This document shows positions 38,384-51,059 of a stretch of 64,000 nt of DNA, one piece after another. Every line of letters starts with the position of its first letter. Within the stretch, counting starts at the first letter, position 1. The DNA is taken from assembly GCA_976551045.1 (NCBI GenBank), contig CDPCPM010000125.1:62001-126000 (forward strand), written 5' to 3'. The position numbers and the translations under genes were made by a program. This stretch comes from Glaucostegus cemiculus. Taxonomy: Eukaryota. A model generated the notes under the pieces. The model ran no database searches and was not told the DNA's origin. It worked only from the letters and a program-made list of their open reading frames with translations.

Positions 38384-39858
38384 AGAAAGATAGATAATAT
38401 TTTCTGATTTAATGTTAGATCCTCTCATAGATTTTCAGATGGCATTGGGATCTTGACTGGTCTGACATCGACATACGTTGTTACTAATATAGAAAACCGA
38501 ACAAAACCACAGAAACAGCACAGCTGAAGGTCAGTCTAGAGCTCGGCCCACTCCGCTCTTCAATAAGATGACGTCCGATGCTGCCTTGGCCTCAGGACCT
38601 CATGTTATCTCATTCCACGTGCCACTTGCCGCACATGACGTCAACGTCCAGCAGTCTCCACCCTGAGTTTATCCAGTGTTTTACCTCCACAGATCTCAGG
38701 AGTAGAGAAATGCAAGGTGTCACAACACTCTGAAAGAAATCCCCCTTCATCCGTGTCTTCATTAGGCGATGTGTTATATTAGAAGCACGCCCTCTAGTTC
38801 AGGGTACTCATCGGAGGAGACCTTCTCTCAGAATCAATCTCTCACAGAAACTTTATTATTTGCAGAACATTTTTCTCTCAATCTCTGAAGTTGCAGTCAA
38901 TTTTGTCCGGAAATGTTCGCCCTTTCACTCCATGCCAACCTCTTCATGTGCGAATCATCACGGTGAACCTCGGCACTGCTCCAGCACAGGAAAACCGCGC
39001 CTCATGTATGGGCGACTGAGGTAAATCTACCCCACTCCCGAAGTTCTCTCTTTTTTACTCCCACACCCCCCCCCCCCCCCCATATCACTTGTTAAGGGAA
39101 CATGAAAACGTAAGAACATGGAGCAGCAGTGGGCCGCAAGGTCGATTAAGGCTGCTCCGTACTGAATATCATCGTTACTCCCAATGGGAACCCGCCTCAT
39201 GAAATATCCTTGCACGGAGATCAATCCCTGAACCAGGGAGGGATTGAAAAGTATTACACGAAATCAACAACAGTGACAGCCAGGTCGAGAGTGGTGACCT
39301 TATCCAGCGCTGGCGACACAAATTCTCATCCCTGAACAAACGCTCGGTTGTTGGGTTTAGTTTCTTTCATTTGAACGTGTAGTTCTCTTCACTGATCCAC
39401 ACGTTGCACAGAACGGCAGGAAATTTCACCAACACACATTCCGAACGGGAGGTTCTCTTGTAGAAGTTCGCCTGCAATATTTATTCGCTGTGGAGTCAGT
39501 CTGACACTGCGAACAGCCGCTGTGTGTCGAGTGGTAAATGCCGAGGGCGTCTCCCACTCTCAGCTCCGTTTCTCCGGAGATCGAGACATTCCACTCTCTT
39601 TCCGAGGGCTTTGTTTCTCTACTGTTTCACCACACGTAACAGCTACTCAATGAAAGCTGGACAGAAAAGAGTTAATGGCATTTGTTTGTTCAGTGTGTGT
39701 GACTAGTCAGTGACACCAATTCCATCCGGAGAGGTTTGCTCTGCTGTTAGTAGCGGTGTCTGTCCAACGTGTCCTCCCAGCGCGTCAGCGAGAGCTTCCC
39801 CACTTCAACCCGGAAAATCATCAAGCTCCAAACACGGGGAATTGTTATCGATGAAACT

Positions 39859-42525
39859 ATGTCGCTTGATTTCTCTTCTTTCTGTGATTATTTTGTCAAA
39901 GTATACTTCCCCGTGCTCGCTTCCATCGCTGTTCCAGGTATGCACCTGTAATTGGAGTATTAAATCTGCAGAACACAACTTGTTCTGCCAGCGTTCATTC
40001 AACTCGTTCTCAGTTGAAATGGATACGAGAGCCACGATTCGCACTCGGCTTTGCGGAGTTTTAACTTTTAGTTTTATTACTGCAGACGTTTCAATTAGTT
40101 CTAAGTTCAGTACGTTCAGGCCCTCGGTTTCCTGCACCTCATTAATTTCCGTTAAGGTGAAGATGAAGATAATCGGTTGCTTCTTTAAAGCAACTGGGAA
40201 CGAAAACTCCGCTCAGAACGGGAAAAGGTCCCAGTCTGGCTGCTGCATCATCGGACGTCTGTGAGAGCGTCTCGCCGGTACCTGGAGGAATCGGCAGGAN
40301 NNNNNNNNNNNNNNNNNNNNNNNNNNNNNNNNNNNNNNNNNNNNNNNNNNNNNNNNNNNNNNNNNNNNNNNNNNNNNNNNNNNNNNNNNNNNNNNNNNNN
40401 NNNNNNNNNNNNNNNNNNNNNNNNNNNNNNNNNNNNNNNNNNNNNNNNNNNNNNNNNNNNNNNNNNNNNNNNNNNNNNNNNNNNNNNNNNNNNNNNNNNN
40501 NNNNNNNNNNNNNNNNNNNNNNNNNNNNNNNNNNNNNNNNNNNNNNNNAGATGTAAACAGACGCAGACACCGAATGTGTTTTGGTTCATTTCATTCAGAG
40601 TCGGTGCACCCAGCTGTCACAAACACCTCCTGTTTTTTTGCGGGACGTTACATTCACTTACCTCGATGTGGATATTGTGGAGTCGTTATTCTGCTCTGAA
40701 CTGAATGAATTCCAACTCTAAAGTCTCGCCCCTTCCCTCACACCACCTTTCTATTTTTTTTATTGTGAACGGAATTGTTTGCTTTTCCGAAGTAAAAGGG
40801 AACCAACAATTCCGATTCCGCTCGACGCAAGGAGACATCCGACAGTGAGGCACTCGTTTGTTTCTGTGGAACTCAGTAAAATGTCAAAGTATTTCACTCA
40901 GTCTCCTGGTCCGACCGCACGGATCACGTTCCTCCACTCGGAGTGAGGATGAATATTTCTCCCGATTCTCTCACATTATAAACACGGATATTGCAGTCTG
41001 TCAGTGAGCATGTCACTGCAGTGTTCGTTCTGAGTGTTCTTTACAGATCGTTGGCAGAAATCATCTCTATCAGCCTAAAATTATCCATGTCCCGTTCGTC
41101 TCTCCACTGTGAATTTGACCGTGTGACTCTAGCGTGTGTGTGAGGAATCCCGGGGGTTTCCAGGGTACACTGTTCCCGGGTTCTAACAGACCCTGAGTGA
41201 CGGTAATGTTACAAAAGATCTGGTTGTTGCAGTGATACCGTTGGGATAACTCCGATGTTAAGAGCTCGACTGTGATTTACATTGGAAAATTAGAACACAA
41301 TTTTAAACATATTCTGCAATTGAAGGTCCCGCCGCTGGACGACCGTTTCCCATCGGAGAACCAAAGACAAATACCCCGATACCAACAAACAAATTGTTGG
41401 GAACACGCATCAGGTCAAGAAGCGTCACTGGAAAATTAATCGGCGTTAACATTTCAGGGCGAAAGTGTGAACGCTGGTTCTCTTTCTACTGAAGCGACCT
41501 CGACTGCTTAACGTTTGCGGCATTTGTGTTTTAGCCTGATCGTGCGTTCTTTAGGTCCATATTTTGAGGGGATTTTGAGAGAAATGAACATGTTATGAGG
41601 GGTCATGGACAAGAAGCAGAAACGTTATCTCATTCCCCGGACTAACGCAGGGTCACCTGGTGATGAGCAGAAGCAGCAACCTCAGCTGATGTCCCCACAC
41701 TGACCCAGCGACATGTGCAATGATGAGAATCGGCCAATCTGCCACAATCACTGACTTTATCTGGGGACACCGAGGTGTCTTCTGTTGCCCGCAGTGAACT
41801 CTTGACTCTCTATCTCCGTGTTACTTATTGTAATTTATGGTTCTAGGAAGTGAAAGATGAACAAGCGGCGGATTGGACATCAGTCGGTCCCGCTGGAACG
41901 GCTCTTTCTCAGCTGCAGTTTCATCTCCAACATTAAATACCATTCACTGATTTCATGTTCGATCAGTGACCCCGTGTCCAAAGGATAACCCGCCAATAAT
42001 TTAACTATTTCTCTGTGTCTCTGGCCGAGGAACACAGGCGAACATGAAAGGTATTACTCAAACGAGTAACTGCGTTTCATGTTGTTATACAAATTTAGTA
42101 TGTATTTCTCTTCACAGTCAGTGCCGTGACTATCGTGATCCTGTCGCGGGGGAAGTGCGGTCTCTCCAAGTGCGTCACTCGCTACCTGGTGGCCATGGCA
42201 GTGACGGACCTGCTGGTCACTGTCCTCGACCTGATACTGCGGCACATCCCAACTGCTTACTGGCAACAGTTTTCATTCCTGCTTTACACCCGCGGGTGTC
42301 AGACCCACGCCTTCCTGCTGAATGTATCCACGGACTGTTCTGTCTGGTTCACCATCGCGTTCACCTTTGATCGGTTTGTGGCCATTTGTTGCCAGAAGCT
42401 GAAAACAAAATATTGTACCGAGAGAACGGCGGTCGTGATTCTGGGGACGGTGACTGTGCTGATCAGTTTCAAGGACATCACCTGGTATTTTCTGCTCACG
42501 GATAAATATAGTTTAGTTCACAACC
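39859..42525 (+). pseudogene. GPCR copy 3, 3'-truncated in ECL2 (exon 1 39859-39937; exon 2 from 42118)
   Basis: Exon 2 homology stops after 'KYSLVHN' and runs directly into tRNA-spacer sequence matching 5234 onward. N1.50>S. TM5-7 are absent. Confidence 0.88.
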
Positions 42526-43403
42526 TGAAGGCTGCTTCGGACTCCTGAGCCGAGTTCTTTCAAAAGGAAGCCTTTTCACGGTAAATCAGGCTGTGCCCTG
42601 AGAAGTCCTTCAGAAAACATTGGGCTCATCCGCGCAATCCCAAGGGACCAAAGCCCAATGTTGTCCAGTGCACACAATAGCGGGAAATGTAACGCCTGCT
42701 CATGCTATATCAGGAACGGATCAGCGGCAGTTCTTGCAGGGTGCCGGCCTGGGGCCCTGCTTGTTTTGTGCCACTTCGGTTCGGGCAATTGGAGATTGTC
42801 AGCTGATGGCCTCGACACATGGTGAACGATCATTGAATAAACAACGACTGTGCCGGCCAGTTTAAGAGAACAAGCAAAATTCATAAATTGACTTGAAGGG
42901 AATCTCGGGGAGCAGGTAGAAAGTGCAGCGGAAGGAAGAGTTTTGATTGTCGAAAGGTGACTTAATCAGAAACGGCCGTTTGAAAAAAAACCCAGCGGAA
43001 AGGGCCAGTCCGTAACATAAATGAAATGCATGGCGTTGATTCAACTGCGCATGTACATAAGGTATCGCAGCAATGAAGAAGTAGGGCAAGCGTGCTGATG
43101 ATGTTGAGGTGAAAAGTGGTAAAAGGAAGATTGTCTCAGTTGATTGTAAATGGTAGCATCTTGAGACGATATTGGCCGCTGAGGATTCCAGCCAGGCAGC
43201 TTTGACGCCTGTGTATGTTGAGAATGGAGGTGGATTCGCTTGCAGCTTGAGTGAAAAGATGAGATCAGTGTTCATTTGGCTGGGGTGAATTTAGCTGCCT
43301 GTACGTTTGCTGGGACGTGATGAAAGAATCATTTTGAATACTTGTTTTCTGATTTGTGAGCTAGGCAAATAGAATGTTGGTGAGCTGTGGTGATTTCAGA
43401 CAT

Positions 43404-43475
43404 TCCCTGGTGGTCCAGTGTTTAGGATTTGGCGCTTTCACAGCCGCGGTCCGGGTTCGATTCCCGGTCATGCAA
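43404..43475 (+). pseudogene. tRNA-Glu(TTC) pseudogene
   Basis: D-loop and acceptor-stem substitutions. Confidence 0.78.
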
Positions 43476-44343
43476 GTACGTTTTGAGGCTATGACAAGTG
43501 ATAACTTTCGGAATCTACATCTGCACTAGAAACCAGTGATATATCAGTCAACGTCTCTTCTGGATACAGTGAGCACGGCATCCTCCACAGAGTGAGCCAG
43601 CTAGCTTGCAGGAAACAGACTTACCTGCCTGTAAGTCAGTAGCTGAGTTGATAGAACTTGCTCATAGATGAACCAGCTCTTATCCCACTAGTATCGGTCG
43701 CCCTCATCTCTCAATCAGTCAGCTGCAGTCGCCACCCATTTGACAGTCGCTAAATAACAGAGTAAGTCTCGAGTGCTTGTGACTTGGAAAATAAGAGACG
43801 CACAGATTGAAACTTGAGGGCTAAGAATTTCAAGGTGAATATTGTCAGTTGGCAGATCATAATGAATGGATTACTGGTGGCGTGGGGTAAACAGCCACGC
43901 TGAATCCAAATCATCAGACATCAGAAATCTCCACATGACGTGAAAGGAATGCGTGTCCTTTCGTGTTTGGAATCAAAACGTGATGGGGCCGCGTTGAAAA
44001 AAAAATAATGAGTGAAATATTCTCCAGCTACGGGGGTTGCATGCGATTGGATAGCATGACAAATCTCTGACTGGAATGTGAGTCGAAGATTTTTAATGAT
44101 CGCCTGTCAGTGTCGAGATGAGGATTTGACAAGTGCATGATCCTTGACTGAGTTTGAAATAGTGATTGAGAAACAGCCTGAGACAGATTTTCATGGCAGG
44201 ATGCTTTGCACTCGGGCTGCTGTTCTCGCACGACAACCGTCTTGCCCGAGGAACTGCTGCGAGATGGATAGAAAGCCTTTTCCGTGGTTGGCTGGATATC
44301 AATGAAAGCCAGACTTGGTCTGCGTGCGTTTTATTTATCAGGT

Positions 44344-44389
44344 TCCCTGGTGTTCTAGTGGTTAGGATTCGGTGCTCTCACCGCAGCGG
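44344..44389 (+). pseudogene. 5' fragment of tRNA-Glu(CTC), cassette junction
   Basis: Same as 7067-7112. Confidence 0.82.
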
Positions 44390-45872
44390 AGGAAGAGAGG
44401 TAATTTTCTCTGATTTAATGTTAGATCCTTTGATAGCTTTTCAGATGGCATTGGGACCCTGACTGGTTTCACATCGACATAGATTGTTACTAATATAGAA
44501 AACCGAACAAAACCACAGAAACATCACAGGAGGAGATCAGTCTAGAGCTCGGCCCGCTCCGCTCTTCAAAAAGATCACGCCGATGCTGCCTTCGCCTCAG
44601 CTCCGAATTGTATCTCATTCCACGTGCCCCTTGCCTCATTTCTGACGTCAAAGTCCAGCAGTCTCTACCCTGAGTTTATTCAGAGTTTCATCTCCACAGA
44701 TATCAGGAGTAGAGAAATGCAAAGTGCCGCAACACTCTGAAAGAACCCCCCACCCCCCCTCATCCGTATCTTCATTAGGCGATGTATTATTTTAGAAGCG
44801 AGCCCTGTAGTTCAGGATACTCATTGGAGGAGACCTTCACTCAGCATCCGTCCGCTCAGAATCTTCATTATTTGCAGAAAATCTTTCTCTCAGTCTCCCA
44901 AGTTGCGGTAAGTTTTGTCCCAAACTGTTCGCCCTTGCTCTCTCTGCCAACCCCTTCATGTGGGAATCATCCCGGTGAACCTCGGCACTGCTGCAGCACA
45001 GCAAAACCGCGCCTCATGTATGAGATAACCCCTCCCCACTTGCGAAGTTCTCTTCTCCCGTTTACTGACCCACCCCCATATCACTTGTTGAGGGAAGATG
45101 AGAATGTAAATATATGGAGGAGTAATGGGCCGCACGGCCGATCAAGGCTGTTCCGCACTGAATATCATCGTTCCTTCCAATGGGAACCCGCCTCATGAAA
45201 TATCCTTGTACGGAGATCAATCCCTGAACCTGAGAGAGATTGAAAACTATAACAATCAAATCAATAACAGTAAGAGCCAGGTCGGGAGCGGTGACCTTCC
45301 CGCAATCTCTAACCTTAACCAGCGCTGTCCACACAGTTTCTCATCCGCAATCAAACACTTGGTTTTTGGGCTTAGTCTCATTCATTTGAACGTGTAGTTC
45401 TCTTCACTGATCCACACATTGTACGATCGGCGGGAAACTTCACCAACACACTTTGCGAACGGCAGGTTCCCATGTAGAAGTTCCCCTGCAATATTTATTC
45501 GCTGTTGAGTCAGTCTGAAGCTGCCAACAGCCTCTGTGTGTCGAGTGGTAAATGCCGAGGCCGTCTCCCAGTTGCAGCTCCGTTTCTCCGGAGATCGAGA
45601 AATTCCACTCGCTTTCCGAGGTCTTTGTTTCTCTACTGTTTCACCACACGTAACAGCTACTCAATGAGAGTTGGACAGAAAAGAGTTAATGCCATTTGTT
45701 TGTTCAGTGTGTGTGACTAATCAGTGACACCAATTCCATCCAGAGAGGTTTGCTCTGCTATTAATAGAGGCGCCTGTCCGACGTGTACTCACAGCGCGTC
45801 AGCGAGAGTTTCCCCACTTCAACCCGGAGAATCATCAAGATCCAAACACGGGGAATTGTTGTCGATGAAACA

Positions 45873-45951
45873 ATGTCGCTTGATATCTATTCTTTCTCGG
45901 ATAATTTTGAGAAAGTATACTTCCCCGTTCTCGCTTCCATCGCTGTTCCAG
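45873..45951 (+). CDS. GPR139/142-like GPCR copy 4, coding exon 1 (MSLDIYSFSDNFEKVYFPVLASIAVP)
   Basis: ATG at 45873, donor CAG|GTATGC, paralog of 8599-8677. Confidence 0.85.
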
Positions 45952-48098
45952 GTATGCACCTGTAATGGGAGTATTAAATCCGCAGAACATGACTTGTTCT
46001 GTCACCGTTCATTTACCTCGTTCTCAGTGGATATGGATATTAGATCTACGTTCCGCACTCGGCCTGGCGGACCTGTAACTATTAGTTTTATACTGCAGAC
46101 GTTTCAGTTAGTTCTCAGTTCAGTAAATATCAGGTCCTCGGTTTCCCGCACCTCATTAATGTCCTTTAAGACAATCGGTCGCTTCTTTAAAGTAACTGGG
46201 AACGAAAACTCCGCTCAAAACGGGAAAAGGTCCCAGTCTGGCGGCTGCCTCATCGGGTGTCAGTGAAAGCGTCTCGCTGGTACGTGGAAATTAGCAGGTT
46301 GAAAACACACTGAACTGACACTCACATNNNNNNNNNNNNNNNNNNNNNNNNNNNNNNNNNNNNNNNNNNNNNNNNNNNNNNNNNNNNNNNNNNNNNNNNN
46401 NNNNNNNNNNNNNNNNNNNNNNNNNNNNNNNNNNNNNNNNNNNNNNNNNNNNNNNNNNNNNNNNNNNNNNNNNNNNNNNNNNNNNNNNNNNNNNNNNNNN
46501 NNNNNNNNNNNNNNNNNNNNNNNNNNNNNNNNNNNTCAGATGTAAACAGACGCAGACCCCGAATGTGTTTTTGTTCAGTTCATTCAGTGTCCATGCACCT
46601 GCCTGTCACAAACACCTCCTGATTTTTGCGGGACGTTACCTTCACTAACCTCGATGTGAATCTTGTGGAGTCGTTATTCTGCTCTGAACTGAATGCATTC
46701 CAACTCCAAAGTCTCGACCCTTCCCTCACACCGTCATTCTATTTTTGGAATGTGAGAGGAATTGTTTGCTCTTCCGACGTAAAAGCAAATCCACAATTCC
46801 GTTTCTGTTCGCCGCAGGGAAACATCCCACAGTGAGGCCCTCGTTCTGTGGAGCTCAGTGAAATGTCAAAATATTTCACTCAGCCTCCTGGTCGGACCGC
46901 ACGGATCACGTTCCTCCAGCCGAGTGAGGATGAATATTTCTCCCGATGCTCTCACATTACAAACACGGATGTTGTAGTCTGTGAGAGAGCATGCCACTGC
47001 TCTGTTCGTTCTGACTGTTCTTTTCCGATAGCTGGCAGATGTCATCTCTGTCAGCCTAAAATTATCCATGTGCCGTTGGTCTCTCCACTGTGAATTTGAC
47101 AGTGTGACTCTAGTGTGTGTGTGAGGAATCCCGGGGTTTTCCAAGGTTCACCGTCCCTGGGTTCTAACAGACCATGACTGACGGTAATGTTACAACAGCT
47201 CTGTTTGTTGCAGTGATACCGTTGTGATGTCTCCGATGTTAAGAGCTCGACTGTGATTTACATTGGAAAATGACAACACAGTTGAAAGATCTTCTACAAT
47301 TTAAGGCTCCGCCGCGAGACGACAATTTCCCATCCGAGAACCGAAGACAAATACCCGGGTACCAAAAAAAAAATTGTTGGGAACACGCATCAGGTCAAGA
47401 AGCGTCATTGGAAGATGAATCCAAGTTAACGTGTCAGGCCGAAAGTGTGAACGCTGTTTCTCCTTCTATTGACGCGACCTCAACTGCTCAACGTTTGCAG
47501 CATTTGTGTTTTAGCCTGATCGTGCGTTCTTTAGGTCTGTATTTTGAGGGGATTTTGAGAGAAATGAACATGTTATGAAGGGTCACGGACAAGAAGCAGA
47601 AACGTTTTCTCATTACCTGGACTCACGCAGGGTCACCGGGTGATACCAGAAACAGCCTCAGCTGTCTTCACCAAGCTGACCCAGGGACATGGGCAATGAT
47701 CAGAAGCGGTGAATTTCCCTCAATCACTGACATTACCTGGGGAAACAGAGGTGTCTTCTGTTCCGCGCAGTGATCTCTTGGCTCTCGATCTCCGTGGTAC
47801 TTGGTGTAATTTATGGTTCTATGAAGGGAAAGGGGAACAAGAGGCAGGCAGCGACATCAATCGGTCCCGCTGGAACAGCACTTTCTCATTTGCAGTGTCA
47901 TCTCCAACATTAAACACCATTCACTGATTACCTGTATGATCAGTGATCCCGTGTCCAAAGCGTAACCCGCCAATATTTTAACTATTTCTCTGTGTCACTG
48001 GCCGAGGAACAGAGGCGAACATGAAAGGTAATACTCAGTCAAACGTGTAACTGCGTTTCAAGTTGTTGTACAAATGTAATTTGTATTTCTCTTCTCAG

Positions 48099-48997
48099 TC
48101 AATGCCGTGACCATCGTGATCCTGTCGCGGGGGAAGTGCGGTCTCTCCAAGTGCGTCACTCGCTACCTGGTGGGCATGGCAGTGACGGACCTGCTGGTCA
48201 CTGTCCTCGACCTGATACTGCGGCACATCCCAACTGCTTACTGGCAACAGTTTGTATTCTTGTTTTACACCCGCGGGTGTCAGACCCACGCCTTCCTGCT
48301 GAATGTGTCCACGGACTGTTCTGTCTGGTTCACCATCGCGTTCACCTTTGATCGGTTTGTGGCCATTTGTTGCAAGAAGCTGAAAACAAAATATTGCACC
48401 GAGAGAACGGCGGCCGTTGTTCTGGGGACGGTGACTGTGCTGAGCTGTTTCAAGGACAGCACCTGGTATTTTCTGCTCTCGGATGAATATAGTTTAGTTG
48501 ACGACCCAAAGATCTGTTTTGTCTCGGGCAATACCTTGACTTCAGAGGTCTTGGGAATGATTGAGCTGCTCCACTATATCCTCACCCCTGTGGTCCCATA
48601 TGTCCTGGTTCTGCTGCTGAATGTTTTAACCATCAGACACATTTCAGTGGCGAGTAGAGCCCGCAAGAGACTCCGGAGTCACTGCAGTGGGGAGGGTGTC
48701 AGAGACCCGGAGATGCAGAACCGCAGGAAATCCATGATTTTACTGCTGCTTATCTCCGCTAATTTCATCCTCTTATGGCTGATGCACATCGTGTACAATC
48801 TGTGGTGGCAATTGTATTTGTTATGGTTCTATGTGGGTCCACCTTACTGGTTACAAGAAATGGGATTCTGGTTCCAGCTGCTGAGTTGTTGCACGAACAC
48901 TCTGATTTATGCCGTGACCCAGAATAAGTTCCGGCAGCAGCTGAAGCTTGTGCTGAGATTTCCCCGCACTCTCGTTGCAAAATGCACCGGAAGGTAA
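48099..48997 (+). CDS. GPR139/142-like GPCR copy 4, exon 2 (intact; spliced protein 325 aa)
   Basis: Acceptor ttctcag|TC, open frame to TAA, all class A motifs as in copy 1. Confidence 0.9.
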
Positions 48998-51059
48998 TGA
49001 GAGCGGAATAAACGGCAGCCGCAGAACTCGTCCACGTGTCGTATTCTCACTGTCGCTGCCCCACAGTCTGCGCTGCCCTCTCCGTCACGGTCGCATAATG
49101 TAGATTCATACTCACTCGGTGACAACCATCTCAGAAGTCAACATTATTCCTTGACACGGTCCACAGCTTGCGGGCTGTGTTCACTGGGGAAATGCGCTCT
49201 CCCGATTTTGAGCAATCGCTGCCCCGTGCCTGTACCTTTCCGGTACCCGCCACTGTGTGTCTCCACAGTTCTTATTTTGTCTCTCATTGTCCCTTCGGTT
49301 TCTTTACTTTCTCACTCTGCCTCTCTCGCTCTCTCTCTCTCCCACTCCCTCTCTCCCCTCTCTTTTTCCCTCTCTCCCTCTCCCTCTTTCTCCCTCTGTC
49401 TCTCCCTCTGTCTCCCTCCCTCAATCTCCCACGCTGTCTCTTTCTGTTCTCAGTTTCCTACTGTTTCCGTGCTTTCTCGCTGCCCCACTCCCCTCACCAC
49501 CTCCCTGTCCTTGCCCTCTCACACTCTCATCCTGTCACCTTTCGTGTAAATATTGTATTGGAACCGTTGTATATAATTTGTTTATTTATGTTTTTGTTGC
49601 GAATACTGATGTTACGAGCCTGTGATGGAGTTTTAATTGCTGCTCTGCATTAGTGCACTGTGCACATGACAATAAAATCGACTTTGACTTTCGCCTTTCA
49701 CTCTCTGTCTCACTTTCTCCTCGTTTTCCAAGCGAACCCCACACTGACACCGCTCCCATTACACACAAAGTGCAGACATACACAAGTGCAAACATGTGCG
49801 AGTAAAATAACCCATATAAACACACAGACACCGGAACTCTCTGACACTCTCACAGCGGCGCACAAAAACACCCCAGCACCACACGCGACCGCAGACGGAC
49901 ATCAACAGAAACGGAAATAAACATAGAAAGACACAGTCATACATCTGCTTTCCAGTATCCTCATTAAAGACTGATGTTTACAAGTCTCAGGCGCAAATCT
50001 TTCTCCGTTTTGCTCTATGGACAATATTCGGCCTCCCTCCCCGCTCACCGTTCTGTGGCTCCCACTCAGCAGCAACCCTGTCCGTAGCGGAGTCCAACAC
50101 CCGGCAGGGAAAGATCGGGTGAGATAGAGAGAGGCGGGGAGTTGGCAGAGAGAGGGAGTGGGAGACAGAGGGGTTGGTGGTGGGTGGGAGAGAGGTGAGA
50201 GTGTGAGGGTTGGAGAGAGANNNNNNNNNNNNNNNNNNNNNNNNNNNNNNNNNNNNNNNNNNNNNNNNNNNNNNNNNNNNNNNNNNNNNNNNNNNNNNNN
50301 NNNNNNNNNNNNNNNNNNNNNNNNNNNNNNNNNNNNNNNNNNNNNNNNNNNNNNNNNNNNNNNNNNNNNNNNNNNNNNNNNNNNNNNNNNNNNNNNTGTT
50401 TTGAACATTGTCCGCAGGGGAGTCCAACAGCAGGGAGTGGGAATGATCGGAAGAGAGGGAAAGAGAGAGAAAGAAAGAGAGAGAGAGCGAATTCTGATGG
50501 AGAGGAGAGAGCCGCAGATAGAGAGGGAGAGAAAAAGAGAGGGGGAAAAGAAGGGGAGAGAGAAAGACGGGATGAGGTGGCCTCTGAACGGCNNNNNNNN
50601 NNNNNNNNNNNNNNNNNNNNNNNNNNNNNNNNNNNNNNNNNNNNNNNNNNNNNNNNNNNNNNNNNNNNNNNNNNNNNNNNNNNNNNNNNNNNNNNNNNNN
50701 NNNNNNNNNNNNNNNNNNNNNNNNNNNNNNNNNNNNNNNNNNNNNNNNNNNNNNNNNNNNNNNNNNNNNNNNNNNNNNNNNGATAAACAGGCCCACGAAT
50801 TCATAGAAACAGGTGGTGAGGTGTGGTGCTGGCTTGCCGTCCCAGAGACACCGATAGAAACCAACCCGCCGGTACTGTCTGTGTGAAGTTTGCCCGTCCT
50901 CTCTGTAACCTCGACTATTTTCCAAGATGCTCCATTCCCTTCCACATCCCAGTGACGTGCTGACTGTGTGAGACTTAGCCAGAATCTGTTGCCGAGTGTG
51001 GTTGGACGAGAGGTAGAATGTGAGAGGGCTTGATGGGAATGCGATTGGTGCGCGATTGA

